This document shows positions 1 to 10,247 of a DNA stretch of 64,000 bases, in pieces (the first letter of the stretch is position 1; every line of letters starts with the position of its first letter). The stretch lies in contig CP182352.1 of NCBI GenBank assembly GCA_048571215.1, forward strand, positions 1,792,001-1,856,000. The letters are read 5' to 3'. Made by a program: the position numbers and the translations under genes. Source of the stretch: Halarcobacter sp. (GTDB lineage Bacteria; Campylobacterota; Campylobacteria; Campylobacterales; Arcobacteraceae). Below the pieces are notes generated by a model, which made no database searches, was not told where the DNA came from, and was given only the letters and a program-made list of their open reading frames with translations.

Positions 1-385
1 GATTGGCATCTAAAGCTGATACTACATCAACCCAATCTAAACCATGAAGATGATAAAAATGCACAACATGGTCATGCATAAATAAAGCTTGATTCATCAA
101 ACTTCTAGTTAGCTTTGCGTTTAATGGTGGGATAATATCTAAGGCATTTTCAACAGCTTCAATTCCAGCTCTATAGTGTGAAAAAGTACAAACCCCACAG
201 ATTCTTTGCATCAAAAAACCTGCATCTCTTGGATCTCTATTTTTAACAATTGTTTCTAAACCTCTCCAAAGTGTAGCAGTAGAAAAAGCGTTTTTAACAA
301 CATTGTTTTCATCAACTTCAACTTCTATTCTTAAGTGTCCCTCTATTCTAGTAATAGGGTCAATGATAACTCTTTTATTTGCCAT
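1..385 (-). CDS. hydB: [NiFe]-hydrogenase large subunit, 5' part (runs off the window)
   Basis: Manual translation from ATG at 385: MANKRVIIDPITRIEGHLRIEVEVD...QRICGVCTFSHY (L1 CxxC motif); directly follows the small subunit gene. Confidence 0.93.
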   Translation of the reverse strand, partial: MANKRVIIDPITRIEGHLRIEVEVDENNVVKNAFSTATLWRGLETIVKNRDPRDAGFLMQRICGVCTFSHYRAGIEAVENALDIIPPLNAKLTRSLMNQALFMHDHVVHFYHLHGLDWVDVVSALDAN

Positions 386-387
386 TT

Positions 388-1545
388 CTACTCCTCATCT
401 TTTGGGTTTTTATATTTGGAGATTGCTGCATGTACTGCAATACCAATTCCTGTTACTGTTAATAATCCAATACCAATTTTATCTGCTGTTGCATCAGCTC
501 CAAGTCCTCCAAATACCGTATCATATAATTTATCAGTAACTGGTTCTTCAAAAGTACCCATAGAATCCCAAAAATCAGGCTCACTACAACCAATACATCC
601 ATGTCCTGCTTGAATAGGCCAAGAGGTGTGTTGATTGAATCTATTTTTTGAACAATTATTAAAAGTATAAGGTCCTTTACAACCCACTTTATATAAACAA
701 AATCCTTTTTTTGCTCCCTCATCACCAAACTCTTCTACAAATTCGCCTGCATCAAAATGACCTCTTCTTTCACACAAATCATGTACTCTTAATCCATATG
801 CCCATTTTGGTCTATTATATGCATCTAAAGCAGGTAAAGTTCCATATAAAATATAATGCATCAAAGTTCCCACAATATTTTTTTCACTTGGAGGACATCC
901 TGGTACATTAATAACTGGTTTATTTGTGATTTTTGATAAGGCTACCGAACCCGTAGGATTTGGATATGCCGCTTGTACTCCACCAAATGAAGAACAAGTA
1001 CCAATTGCAAAAATAGCTTTTGCATATTCACTAGCTTTTTTTGCAATCGTTTCACCACTATTTCCATGTCCACCAACTGTTAAATAAAAATCTTTATCTC
1101 CAGCTGGAATTCCACCCTCAACCATCAAGATATAGTTACCTTTATATTTTTCTATTGCATGTTCTAAATTTGTTTCTGCTTGCCAACCTGCACTAGCCAT
1201 CAAAGTTTCGTGGTACTCTAAAGAGATATAATCAAATATCAATGAATCTATACTTGGAGCATCTGTTCTTAAAAGTGATTCAGTACATCCAGTACACTCT
1301 GCCATATGTAACCAAATAATTGGAAGTCTATCACTAAGTTGTGCAGCTTTAGCTACAAGTGGAGTGAAACTTGCAGGTAAGGCTAACATTGTTGTTATTG
1401 CAGCGGCCCACTTTAAAAAATCTCTTCTTTCAAAATTTTTTTCTTCCAAAATTTTAGGTATTGATTTACTTTCATCTATCTTTGGAAGTTTTTCTATATC
1501 TTCTAATCTTTTAGTTATTTGTATAAATAAACTTGATTCCTTCAT
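388..1545 (-). CDS. hydA: Group 1 [NiFe]-hydrogenase small subunit (Tat-exported)
   Basis: RRDFLKW Tat motif, HMAECTGCTES, GCPP, distal Fe-S cysteines, C-terminal TM anchor. Confidence 0.93.
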   Translation of the reverse strand: MKESSLFIQITKRLEDIEKLPKIDESKSIPKILEEKNFERRDFLKWAAAITTMLALPASFTPLVAKAAQLSDRLPIIWLHMAECTGCTESLLRTDAPSIDSLIFDYISLEYHETLMASAGWQAETNLEHAIEKYKGNYILMVEGGIPAGDKDFYLTVGGHGNSGETIAKKASEYAKAIFAIGTCSSFGGVQAAYPNPTGSVALSKITNKPVINVPGCPPSEKNIVGTLMHYILYGTLPALDAYNRPKWAYGLRVHDLCERRGHFDAGEFVEEFGDEGAKKGFCLYKVGCKGPYTFNNCSKNRFNQHTSWPIQAGHGCIGCSEPDFWDSMGTFEEPVTDKLYDTVFGGLGADATADKIGIGLLTVTGIGIAVHAAISKYKNPKDEE

Positions 1546-1557
1546 TTATTTTCCTTG

Positions 1558-1629
1558 ATAAATGAATGTTCATTTATATAAATTTTAGACAAAAAAAATT
1601 GACTAATTTATATGAATGAGTATTCATTT
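1558..1629. promoter_or_regulatory. Two palindromic operators (TAAATGAA-N2-TTCATTTA type) upstream of hydA, probably bound by the local TetR
   Basis: ATAAATGAATGTTCATTTAT at 1558-1577 and variant AATGAGTATTCATT at 1615-1628; same motif recurs at 7752 and 7863. Confidence 0.7.
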
Positions 1630-1761
1630 AAATTTTAAAAAGTATCTTACATAACTAAAACTTAAGCCAAACTAAATTTTTAGATTAATTTTAAAAAATT
1701 AAGAAATCCAGCTTTTTGTGAGTAATAATCAATTTTTGAGAGCTGTTTTTTTATAAAATAG

Positions 1762-1800
1762 AAAAACTTATACCTATTATTTTCGATAATAAGTATAAGT
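1762..1800 (-). terminator. Probable intrinsic terminator
   Basis: ACTTATACCTATTAT/ATAATAAGTATAAGT hairpin followed by a T-run on the minus strand, after the stop at 1825. Confidence 0.55.
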
Positions 1801-1824
1801 TAATATTGGTAAGTTTTTATTGAC

Positions 1825-3360
1825 CTAAAAATCTAAGGGGTATTCTTTTGGGATTAAGATATTTATATTATTTATTGCTTTTTTTACTTTTGAAAGTAGT
1901 ATTGTGTTTCCAAACATATCTCCACAAAGTATTAAATCTTTTGCTTTTAATTCTGAGTTTATTTTTTCAACATTGTCTTTTATAAAATCACTTAGGCTTT
2001 CATAAAAAGAGTATGCTAACATACTATCTTGAACTCCTGCCATTTTATAACTCATAGTACTTTGAATAACTCTTCTATAATCTAAATAGTTTTTCCCATC
2101 AATTTTTACTATATTCATATCTATTTGAATACCACTTTTAGAATTATATGCTAAAGCTATATCTTCAAACTCTTTATAGTCTCTCATTCCTAAGATATAT
2201 GCTAAAAGATTTAAAATAGACTCAAAGCCATCTGAATCAGTATCTTTAAACTCTTTTTCAAAATAAGTAGCATATTTATTTTTATAATTATCTACTAATC
2301 TTAGAGTATTTTCATCTAAACTTTTTATATCTTCAAAACAATTTTCAATACTATTAAACACATTTGGTATGTGTATTACATCTTTTATTCCTACTCCTGG
2401 CAGATTAATTTTAATAGCGGACTCATCACTTTTGTAGGAAAAATATATCCCGATAGTTGGAACTAATTTTTTATAAAATTGATCAATACATGCCTTATAT
2501 ACACTGCCATATTCATCAAAATAATCTTTTATATTAATAACTTTTCTATCTAATTTATACTCATACTTAGGGAAAAGTCCCTTTTCACCATGGATAATAA
2601 TAGTTTGTCCCTCACTATATGTTACTTTTAATCCATCTTGATAAATATCATCTGCTGTGTATAAAATATAAGAAAATCCCTCTTTTTTTAGTGCATTCGC
2701 AAAAAGTAAAGTTTCTCTATCATCTGGTACTTTTGCATAAATAAATCTAGTCTTAGAAAATTCTGTATCTGAGTTTTGAAGTAATTTAAATTTTAACTTT
2801 ACAAGGGGTCTTTCTATTGAACATAATAATTGCAAATCTTTTTGTGAGATTTCTACCAAATCAGTTATATTATTTATATCTGTAATCAATAGCTTAACTT
2901 CATATCCCTTTTCTTCAAACTCTTCTCTTAATTTAGTAGATGGTAAAAAGAAATCTTTTACTCCATTATGGGTATCTATCCTTGATATCTTTCCTTTTTT
3001 TATAAGTTCAATATCATTAAAAAAATCTACATTGTTTTCTTCTATTGTTTTTGTTATCTCATCATTTGTTAAAAGTGCTAAATTAACTTTTACATCTTTG
3101 TCTTCTATCTCTTTAAAGGCATCAAAATCAAACTTTTCTATAACTTCTGCCTTCCCTAAAAAGATTGATAAGGGTAGTTTTTGTTCTAAAAGTTTAAACA
3201 AACTCTCAATTTTTTCTTCTACATCATCACAAACAATTAAAATCAAATCCTCATAAAACTTTGTATGTGCCTTGGTTCCTGATTTAGTAATTATCTCATC
3301 AATTATATGTTTATAATAAAAATTTGTAGAAAAGAATTCTATTTTATAAATCAATTCCAT
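1825..3360 (-). CDS. Hydrogenase-associated HydE-like protein (degenerate HypF-like)
   Basis: Position in the hydrogenase operon; C-terminus (LAYSFYESLSDF...LILCGDMFGN) resembles the HypF C-terminal domain. Confidence 0.6.
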   Translation of the reverse strand: MELIYKIEFFSTNFYYKHIIDEIITKSGTKAHTKFYEDLILIVCDDVEEKIESLFKLLEQKLPLSIFLGKAEVIEKFDFDAFKEIEDKDVKVNLALLTNDEITKTIEENNVDFFNDIELIKKGKISRIDTHNGVKDFFLPSTKLREEFEEKGYEVKLLITDINNITDLVEISQKDLQLLCSIERPLVKLKFKLLQNSDTEFSKTRFIYAKVPDDRETLLFANALKKEGFSYILYTADDIYQDGLKVTYSEGQTIIIHGEKGLFPKYEYKLDRKVINIKDYFDEYGSVYKACIDQFYKKLVPTIGIYFSYKSDESAIKINLPGVGIKDVIHIPNVFNSIENCFEDIKSLDENTLRLVDNYKNKYATYFEKEFKDTDSDGFESILNLLAYILGMRDYKEFEDIALAYNSKSGIQIDMNIVKIDGKNYLDYRRVIQSTMSYKMAGVQDSMLAYSFYESLSDFIKDNVEKINSELKAKDLILCGDMFGNTILLSKVKKAINNINILIPKEYPLDF

Positions 3361-3926
3361 GTGGTATCTTCCTCATTTGGGATTCTTGTTAAATGCTCTC
3401 CATTATAACTTCCAATTAACTCTTGGGCTATAGTTTTCACACTTTTATTATCTTTTTTTATTGCTTTAACTCCAATAGCTTCAATCTCTTTAATTGCTTG
3501 AAGTGTAAACTCTTCAAATCTATCCTCAATAGTTTTTGTAAGCCCAATCTCAACACTTACAATATCTTCTGGGATAATACCTAAAATAGTCACTTCTGCA
3601 TGTTTGTCTAAAACTGAGCATATCTCTAACATCTCTACAATCTCAACCTCATGGGCTGTTTTTCTATATTGTCCAAGTCCAAGTAAAACCTCTGAAGGCA
3701 ATCTAAAGATCTCCCCTACTCTATCTTCAATCGATACAGTATCTAGAATAATAACGTTGTCATACTCTTGAAAAAGTGCCATTAGTTTAAAGCCTAGTGT
3801 TCCACCTTCAATTATCTCTAAATCTCCATCAAACTCATAATTGTTTTCTAAATATTTAGCTGCATAAATACCTACACCCTCATCTTTAAATAAAACATTA
3901 CCAACACCAATTACAATATTTTTCAT
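3351..3926 (-). CDS. hyaD: Hydrogenase maturation endopeptidase (HyaD/HybD family)
   Basis: VIGVGNVLFKDEGVG, EGGT, ILDTV and TAHE motifs. Confidence 0.92.
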   Translation of the reverse strand: MKNIVIGVGNVLFKDEGVGIYAAKYLENNYEFDGDLEIIEGGTLGFKLMALFQEYDNVIILDTVSIEDRVGEIFRLPSEVLLGLGQYRKTAHEVEIVEMLEICSVLDKHAEVTILGIIPEDIVSVEIGLTKTIEDRFEEFTLQAIKEIEAIGVKAIKKDNKSVKTIAQELIGSYNGEHLTRIPNEEDTTWN

Positions 3927-3989
3927 ATAATACCTTCAAATTAAAAACTTATTAAAATCAAATAAATTAACTTAAATAAATTTTTAGGG

Positions 3990-4026
3990 AAAAAAATAGG
4001 CTATGGCATTTTAGCCATAGCCTATT
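3990..4026 (-). terminator. Intrinsic terminator after the cytochrome b gene
   Basis: 13-bp stem AATAGGCTATGGC/GCCATAGCCTATT followed by a T-run on the minus strand. Confidence 0.75.
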
Positions 4027-4050
4027 AATTATATATTAAAAGAGTTTAGT

Positions 4051-4761
4051 CTACTCTTCTATTTTTGATTTTTTGTGGGCAAATTTAGTTCCACCAAATA
4101 CAATATTGATATCACCCTCTCTCCAAAAAATAGTTCTCCAAATTTGATAATAAATATGAGACATAACCCACATAATAAGCAAATACATTGCTGTATGATG
4201 AGCAATTCTAACACCCATATTACCACCAAATAATAGATTTGTCCAATCAGTTGTTAGGTGTAAAAGTGAAGGCCACCAAGAACCTATAGAACTCATACCT
4301 GATGCTAATCCCTGAACATACATTTGTAGCCCTGTAAATAGCATAAATACTAATAGAATATGAAATAGTGTAAAAAACATAATGTTATAACTATCACTAT
4401 ATGTTGAATCAAATTTCTTTCTTCTATTAAATGTTATAAGATTAAAGAACACTTCACAAAACTCAATGAAGTTTTTCTTAGTTGGTAAAATTTTCTTATA
4501 TGGTTTTTCAAATCTTGAAAAAAGATATAAGTAACCAATTAAGATTGCTGTAACATCAAAGATAATTGCAACAATAAAATGTCCCCATCTATTCCATGCC
4601 ATCACATATTTATCAACAGCAGGCTCTGCAATAAGTGTTTGATAATACGGATGACCTATATATAGCCCGGTTATGACTGCTGCAACCATACAAATCGCAT
4701 TCACCCAGTGAATGGTTCGCATGATTGGAGTCATTCTCTCAACCCGCTTCATATTAGGCAC
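4051..4761 (-). CDS. hyaC: [NiFe]-hydrogenase cytochrome b subunit
   Basis: RTIHW, RWGH, RIAHH and SHIY heme-ligand His motifs; four TM segments. Confidence 0.92.
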   Translation of the reverse strand: MPNMKRVERMTPIMRTIHWVNAICMVAAVITGLYIGHPYYQTLIAEPAVDKYVMAWNRWGHFIVAIIFDVTAILIGYLYLFSRFEKPYKKILPTKKNFIEFCEVFFNLITFNRRKKFDSTYSDSYNIMFFTLFHILLVFMLFTGLQMYVQGLASGMSSIGSWWPSLLHLTTDWTNLLFGGNMGVRIAHHTAMYLLIMWVMSHIYYQIWRTIFWREGDINIVFGGTKFAHKKSKIEE

Positions 4762-6490
4762 GGCATCCTCCTACTGGATCTACTTTATATACTGCCAATT
4801 CTTTACCTTTTGTATCTATAATGTGAACTGCACAAGCGATACAAGGGTCAAAACTGTGCACTGTTTTAATAATCTCTAATGGTTGATCAGGATCAACAAC
4901 TTTAGTACCAACTAAAGATGCTTCATAAGCTCCCATTCTACCTTTATAATCTTTTGGTGCTGCATTCCAAGTTGATGGAACTACCGCTTGATAATTTACT
5001 ACCTTACCATCTTTGATTTTAACCCAATGACCTAAACTACCTCTTGGTGCTTCTGCCATTCCATAACCTTGTGCATCTTTTGCAACTTTGTCAAAATCAA
5101 ACTCAGTCCAAGTAGATAAGTCACCAGCTGCTGCATTTGCTGCAAGTTCATTACACCAGTCAATTACAACATCACACATCATCTCTGTTTCTATTGCACG
5201 TGCCGCTGTTCTTCCAACTGTTGAAAATAAAACTTTTGTTGGTAAGTTTCCATTTTTTAGGAAAGTTGTAACATATTTAGAGATTCTCTCATCACCTCTT
5301 GCTACACCAACAATCATCCTTGCAAGTGGTCCAACTTCTATTCTTTTGTCATCATATAATGGTGATTTAATCCAAGAGTATTTTTTCTCAGTATCTAAAT
5401 ATGCAATACCATCTTTTTTCTCTTTGAACCCAGTATATTTTGGATTTGTTTTTCCATCAAATGGGTGAAGATTTTCATTTCCTTCATACCAAGAGTGTGT
5501 TACATCTTCAGTAATTTTTGTTTGGTCTAAATCAAAAACTTTTGATAAATCTTTATTTAAAACTATACCACTTGGGAAAAGTTTTTTTGCTTCATAAAAT
5601 GGTGTGTCATCAAGATTAAAATCACCATAACACATATAGTTTCCTAAACCACCACCAACACCTTCAAGTGCTTCATCTGCATACATTGTACCTGCCATAT
5701 AAACATCTGGTAAATATGCTTGTTTAACAAATTTTTGAGCTTTTTGAATAATATCTTTAAACTCAGCAACTCTTACAGGGTTTTTAATATCTTGAACACA
5801 AGTTACCCCACCAACAACTATTGATTGTGGATGTGGGTTTTTACCACCAAAAATTGCTTGAGCTTTTGCAATATCTCTTTGTAAATCTAAAGCATCTAAA
5901 TAATGAGAAAGACCTATTAAATTTTGTTCAGGAGTTAATTTATAAGCTTTACTTCCCCAGTAAGCATTTCCAAATATACCAAGTCTACCTTGTTTTACAT
6001 ATTTAGTAACTCTTGCTTGAACCTCTGCAAAAACATCTTCACTAGCATTCCAAGGTCTTTGACCTGAAACTTTTGCCCACTTTTGAGCTTCTGCAACAGC
6101 AGCTTTTGGATCAGCTTCAAGTGCTTTTGTAATATCAACCCAATCTAAAGCGTGTAGATGATAGAAGTGAACAATATGGTCATGGATATATAAACCACCT
6201 TGCATTAGGTTTCTAACAAGTCTTGCATTCTTTGGAATAGTTACACCAAAAGCATGTTCAACAGCTTCTATACTTCTTTGATAATGTGTACCTGTACAAA
6301 CTCCACAAATTCTCATAGCTAAAAGACCACAATCTCTTGGGTCTCTACCTTTTAAAATCTCTTCAATCCCTCTAAACATAGTTGAAGAACTGTAAGCTTC
6401 TTTGATAACATTGTTATCATCTATTACAGCTTCAATTCTAAGGTGACCTTCAATCCTTGTTATTGGATCTATTACTACATGTTTACTCAT
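4754..6490 (-). CDS. hyaB: Group 1 [NiFe]-hydrogenase large subunit
   Basis: DPITRIEGHLR, RICGVC (L1), SFDPCIACAVH (L2) plus C-terminal extension. Confidence 0.95.
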   Translation of the reverse strand: MSKHVVIDPITRIEGHLRIEAVIDDNNVIKEAYSSSTMFRGIEEILKGRDPRDCGLLAMRICGVCTGTHYQRSIEAVEHAFGVTIPKNARLVRNLMQGGLYIHDHIVHFYHLHALDWVDITKALEADPKAAVAEAQKWAKVSGQRPWNASEDVFAEVQARVTKYVKQGRLGIFGNAYWGSKAYKLTPEQNLIGLSHYLDALDLQRDIAKAQAIFGGKNPHPQSIVVGGVTCVQDIKNPVRVAEFKDIIQKAQKFVKQAYLPDVYMAGTMYADEALEGVGGGLGNYMCYGDFNLDDTPFYEAKKLFPSGIVLNKDLSKVFDLDQTKITEDVTHSWYEGNENLHPFDGKTNPKYTGFKEKKDGIAYLDTEKKYSWIKSPLYDDKRIEVGPLARMIVGVARGDERISKYVTTFLKNGNLPTKVLFSTVGRTAARAIETEMMCDVVIDWCNELAANAAAGDLSTWTEFDFDKVAKDAQGYGMAEAPRGSLGHWVKIKDGKVVNYQAVVPSTWNAAPKDYKGRMGAYEASLVGTKVVDPDQPLEIIKTVHSFDPCIACAVHIIDTKGKELAVYKVDPVGGCRA

Positions 6491-7731
6491 TATTCTTCTC
6501 CATCTTCTTTATGTACTGTTCTTTTTCCTGCTACTGCTGAAGCTACTGCATGAACTCCAATACCAATTGTAGTTGCGGTTAATAATCCTAAACCAAACTC
6601 ATCAACAGTTTTTTCAACTCCACCTGTTGGTGCTTTGATATTCGCATCTGCCATTGGTCTTTCATAAGCATATTTATCCCAGAAATCTGGTTCAGAACAT
6701 CCAATACAACCTCGACCTACACCAATTGGCCAGTTTGCACCTTCGTTATATCTAATAATAGAACAGTTATTAAATGTCATAGGACCTTTACAACCCATTT
6801 TATATAAACAGAAGTTGTTTTTAGCACCTTCATCACCCCATTCTTCAACAAATTCACCTGCATCAAAATGAGCTCTTCTTTCACAGTTATCATGAATTCT
6901 ATAACCAAAAGCAAATTTTGGTCTTAATAATGAATCAAGCTCAGGAATTTGACCTGTTAATATAAATTGTAAAACTACACCAACCATATTAGCTGGATTT
7001 GCAGGACAGGCAGGGATATTAATAACAGGTTTACCTTTTACTAAATCCATAACACCAACTGCACCTGTAGGGTTTGGAGCTGCTGCTGGAACACCACCAA
7101 AAGTAGCACATGCACCAACTGCTATAACAGCTGCTGCATCAGAAGATAATCTCATTAGGTGTTCTTGGAAAGTTTCACCACTTGCACCAATTGTTCCATA
7201 TTGACCATTCATTCCTGTTGGAATTGAACCCTCAACAAATAGTAAATATTTACCTTTGAAATGCTCTACTGCATCTTCTAATTGAGCATCAGCTTGATGA
7301 CCAGAAGCTGCCATAAGAGTTTCATGGAACTCTAATGATAATACATCAAAAAGTAAATCATCAACTGTAGGAGCTGAACTTCTAAGTAATGCTTCTGAGT
7401 TACCAGCACAGTCTTGTAACTCAATCCAGATTACTGGAACTCTATTCATAAGTTCCGTAGCTTCAGCCACCAATGGAGTAAACATAGGAGGTAACATCAA
7501 TGTAGCAGTTGTAGCACTTGCCCATTTCATGAAATCTCTTCTGTTTACACCTTCACTCTCAATAACATCAATCATATCAATGTCTTTAAGTGCTGGTTGT
7601 TTTCTTAATGCCTCTAATCTACCTTTTGCTTTATTAAAAAGCGAATTATAATAAGCATCACCTTTATTCGTTTCAACTCTTGCAGAATTCTGGGTAAAAA
7701 CTTTTTTTACCATGTCTTGAGAATCAGCCAT
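6490..7731 (-). CDS. hyaA: Group 1 [NiFe]-hydrogenase small subunit (Tat-exported)
   Basis: RRDFMKW Tat motif and Fe-S cysteines; start moved to ATG 7731 (MADSQ), which follows an AAGGGGAAG RBS, whereas the longer ORF start overlaps the operator. Confidence 0.93.
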   Translation of the reverse strand: MADSQDMVKKVFTQNSARVETNKGDAYYNSLFNKAKGRLEALRKQPALKDIDMIDVIESEGVNRRDFMKWASATTATLMLPPMFTPLVAEATELMNRVPVIWIELQDCAGNSEALLRSSAPTVDDLLFDVLSLEFHETLMAASGHQADAQLEDAVEHFKGKYLLFVEGSIPTGMNGQYGTIGASGETFQEHLMRLSSDAAAVIAVGACATFGGVPAAAPNPTGAVGVMDLVKGKPVINIPACPANPANMVGVVLQFILTGQIPELDSLLRPKFAFGYRIHDNCERRAHFDAGEFVEEWGDEGAKNNFCLYKMGCKGPMTFNNCSIIRYNEGANWPIGVGRGCIGCSEPDFWDKYAYERPMADANIKAPTGGVEKTVDEFGLGLLTATTIGIGVHAVASAVAGKRTVHKEDGEE

Positions 7732-7751
7732 AAACTTCCCCTTTAGTTTTT

Positions 7752-7769
7752 TAAATGAATATTCATTTA
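7752..7769. promoter_or_regulatory. Perfect 18-bp palindromic operator
   Basis: TAAATGAATATTCATTTA just upstream of the hyaA RBS. Confidence 0.75.
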
Positions 7770-7862
7770 TCATCAGTATAAAGTTAGCTATTTTAAACTT
7801 AATATTATCTTAGAAAAAATACCCAAAATAGGAGCTTTAGTAGCAATAAAATAGCATGGCTA

Positions 7863-7878
7863 AAATGAACATTCATTT
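7863..7878. promoter_or_regulatory. Second operator copy upstream of hyaA
   Basis: AAATGAACATTCATTT. Confidence 0.7.
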
Positions 7879-7982
7879 ATATAAGCTTTAGTAACCACTT
7901 AGTACTAAAAATACATAAGTAATTTAATATTTAAAAAAAAATTGATTTTTTATTAAAATGTAACTTTTTAACTCAAATTATA

Positions 7983-9341
7983 TTAATGTGTAGTACATAC
8001 AGAACATACATCAAAACTTCTTAATATGATTTTTGCTTTTTCTATAGAATCAGTACCTACAATAGCCTTTTGGGTAGTACCTAAAGTATTATTATCACCT
8101 GGACCTAGGTTCCATACAGTGGGAGTTATGACATTGTACTCTTCTATTTTTCCATTTCTAATAGTAGCCTCATGAAATAATGAACCTCTACAAGCTTCAA
8201 CTACACTTAATGCTGATGAGTGTTCTAAATCATCCAATTTTATCTGTGGTTTTATATAAGATTCTTCATTTATATCTATTTTGGAGATAAGCTCTTTTGT
8301 ACTATATAAAAGGTGTGCTAGTTCATCCATTCTAGCTAATACTCTTGTAAATAGTGAATCTTCATATATGCTGTGTACATCTTTTAAAAGTTTTCTATTT
8401 GAAATAAGTGCTCTTGATAAGGGACCTGTTTCATAAAATAGATTATCATACTTAACAGTTTTTGCCCAACCATAAGCTTTTGGGTTTTCTTCATCTTTAT
8501 CTAAACTATAAGCAAAACTATCATCTTCATATATCTTTTTTAAATCTATTTTATGGCTAACTCTTTTATTTAATCTTCCTTTTTCAAAAAGAGCTGATTC
8601 ACCTAAACTAAGATGTCTATCGTAACTTTTTCCAATATTTTCAAAATCATTTTCAAAAGATATATCTATAAACTCTTTTAGATGTCCTCCAATTTTTGAT
8701 AACTCATAGGTTTTAGATAAGTCAAGATACTTTTCAAACTCCATATTTATTAAACTTTTTTCAAAAAACCTTATGCTTGAATCTAAATAGTTTTTCATTG
8801 TAGCTATATCCATAAGTGTTGGATCACTTACTACCCCTCCAGGTATCATATATGAAGTGTGTGGCCATTGACCACCTATAATCGCTAAAGCTTTTATTGT
8901 TTCACTTGCACACCCAAGTGCTTCTAACCAGTTTTTCCCTTTTAATGGTGTATATTCATTGAATTTTTTAGACGAAAGCTTTATTATATCAGGCATAATA
9001 AACATATAAAACCATTTTATATGAGAATCGATAATTTCAATATTTAAACCTATTTCCCTTAAAAGTTTTGCCTTTTGTGTCACTTGTAAATCAACGCCAG
9101 CGTTTTTATATAGATTTTCTAATAAATTAACAGTTGCAAGAAGATGTGCTTGTCCACAAATTCCACAAATTCTTGGGGTATAAACCAAGGCATCCAAAAT
9201 AGGTTTATTTTTTAAAATATATTCAAATCCTCTAAAGTTTAAAAACTCTATTCGTGCATCACTAATTTTTTCATTTTCCCAAGAACAAACAAGTTTTGCT
9301 TCACCTTCTATTCTTTCTACTAAATCTATTGTTTTCATCAT
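7983..9341 (-). CDS. hupL: Group 2-type cytoplasmic [NiFe]-hydrogenase large subunit (HupL/HupV-like)
   Basis: ERIEGEA, PRICGICGQAH; ends SFDVCSVCTTH with no C-terminal extension. Confidence 0.88.
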   Translation of the reverse strand: MMKTIDLVERIEGEAKLVCSWENEKISDARIEFLNFRGFEYILKNKPILDALVYTPRICGICGQAHLLATVNLLENLYKNAGVDLQVTQKAKLLREIGLNIEIIDSHIKWFYMFIMPDIIKLSSKKFNEYTPLKGKNWLEALGCASETIKALAIIGGQWPHTSYMIPGGVVSDPTLMDIATMKNYLDSSIRFFEKSLINMEFEKYLDLSKTYELSKIGGHLKEFIDISFENDFENIGKSYDRHLSLGESALFEKGRLNKRVSHKIDLKKIYEDDSFAYSLDKDEENPKAYGWAKTVKYDNLFYETGPLSRALISNRKLLKDVHSIYEDSLFTRVLARMDELAHLLYSTKELISKIDINEESYIKPQIKLDDLEHSSALSVVEACRGSLFHEATIRNGKIEEYNVITPTVWNLGPGDNNTLGTTQKAIVGTDSIEKAKIILRSFDVCSVCTTH

Positions 9342-9606
9342 AGCCTTTCAATGTGAAAAAAATTTTATCATATTTTTAATATGATTTAATAATAAGCGTT
9401 AGTTTTAGATATAAGAATTGAGTTAAAATAGTTTTTTTATACTTTTTAGTTTAATTTATCTTTTTTTTAAGTGTCCAAGCTGAATTGTATTGAGCAAATC
9501 CAATTTTGGGATAGTACTGTGTTACAACTAGTGATGAAAACAAAATCAGTTTGCATTTTGTACCAAGTAGTTCTTGTTTTTTAGGGTCAGATGCAATGCC
9601 TATGAG

Positions 9607-9876
9607 CTAATCATGAGCTTGTTGTCTGTGTTTAAAATCAACAACAGCTACAATAAGCTTATTACCCTCAATAAGATAAAAAAGTCTATAATTTCCAATT
9701 CTATATCTATAATAGCCTTCAAGATTATCTTTTAACTTTTTAATATTTGTTCCATAAAAAGGGTTTTCTCTAAGTTGAGGATAAACAAAGTTTTCAATTT
9801 TTGAATAAAGCTTTTTATCTATCTTTTTTTTAACTTTTTCAAAAGTTTTAGTTTCTGCAATTTGATACTTAGACAA
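9607..9876 (-). CDS. RelE/ParE family toxin
   Basis: IKKLK...YRYRIGNYRLFY...VVDFKHR; probable TTG start at 9876 overlapping the antitoxin stop. Confidence 0.88.
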   Translation of the reverse strand: MSKYQIAETKTFEKVKKKIDKKLYSKIENFVYPQLRENPFYGTNIKKLKDNLEGYYRYRIGNYRLFYLIEGNKLIVAVVDFKHRQQAHD

Positions 9877-10105
9877 TTGTATAGTCACCTTTTTTGAAAT
9901 CTTCTAGTCCATCCATAAGGTTTTTTACAAGCTCTTTATCATTCATAATTTCAGCCATTTCATCATTTTCTACAAATTGTGAAGATGTCAAGTATTGCAT
10001 TGTTGCAAACTCTATGAAATTTGAAAGATTTCTTTTTTGACCTTCAGCTGCAAGTTTTATCATATCGTAAACTGAATCATCTACTCTCATAGTTACTGTT
10101 TTCAT
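9869..10105 (-). CDS. Ribbon-helix-helix antitoxin
   Basis: MKTVTMRVDDSVYDMIKLAAEGQKRNLSNFIE RHH pattern, acidic C-terminus, upstream of the toxin. Confidence 0.85.
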   Translation of the reverse strand: MKTVTMRVDDSVYDMIKLAAEGQKRNLSNFIEFATMQYLTSSQFVENDEMAEIMNDKELVKNLMDGLEDFKKGDYTIV

Positions 10106-10134
10106 AATATATCCTTTGAATATTTATTAATACT

Positions 10135-10163
10135 ATTGTATTCAATTTTATTCATTTTGTCAA
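10135..10163 (-). promoter_or_regulatory. Sigma70-type promoter of the TA operon
   Basis: TTGACA-17 bp-TACAAT on the minus strand. Confidence 0.75.
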
Positions 10164-10176
10164 TTGAAGATGTTTC

Positions 10177-10247
10177 ATATAACGGTTGACTTGAGAAATA
10201 TTTGACCCGCACTTGGGTCAAATATTCGCTCCAGCATTTTGTTATCT
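10177..10247 (-). mobile_element. attC site
   Basis: Minus strand AGATAAC-AAAATGCTGGAGCG-AATATTTGACCC..GGGTCAAATATT-TCTCAAGTCAACC-GTTATAT; R'' overlaps the upstream stop codon. Confidence 0.88.

Noticed and set aside
7732..7773. Longer N-terminus of the hydrogenase small subunit given by the ORF track
   Set aside because: Overlaps the operator palindrome; a good RBS precedes ATG 7731
9400..9606. attC closing the TA cassette
   Set aside because: Candidate TAAC cores exist but none complements the cassette start GTTATAT or forms an attC hairpin
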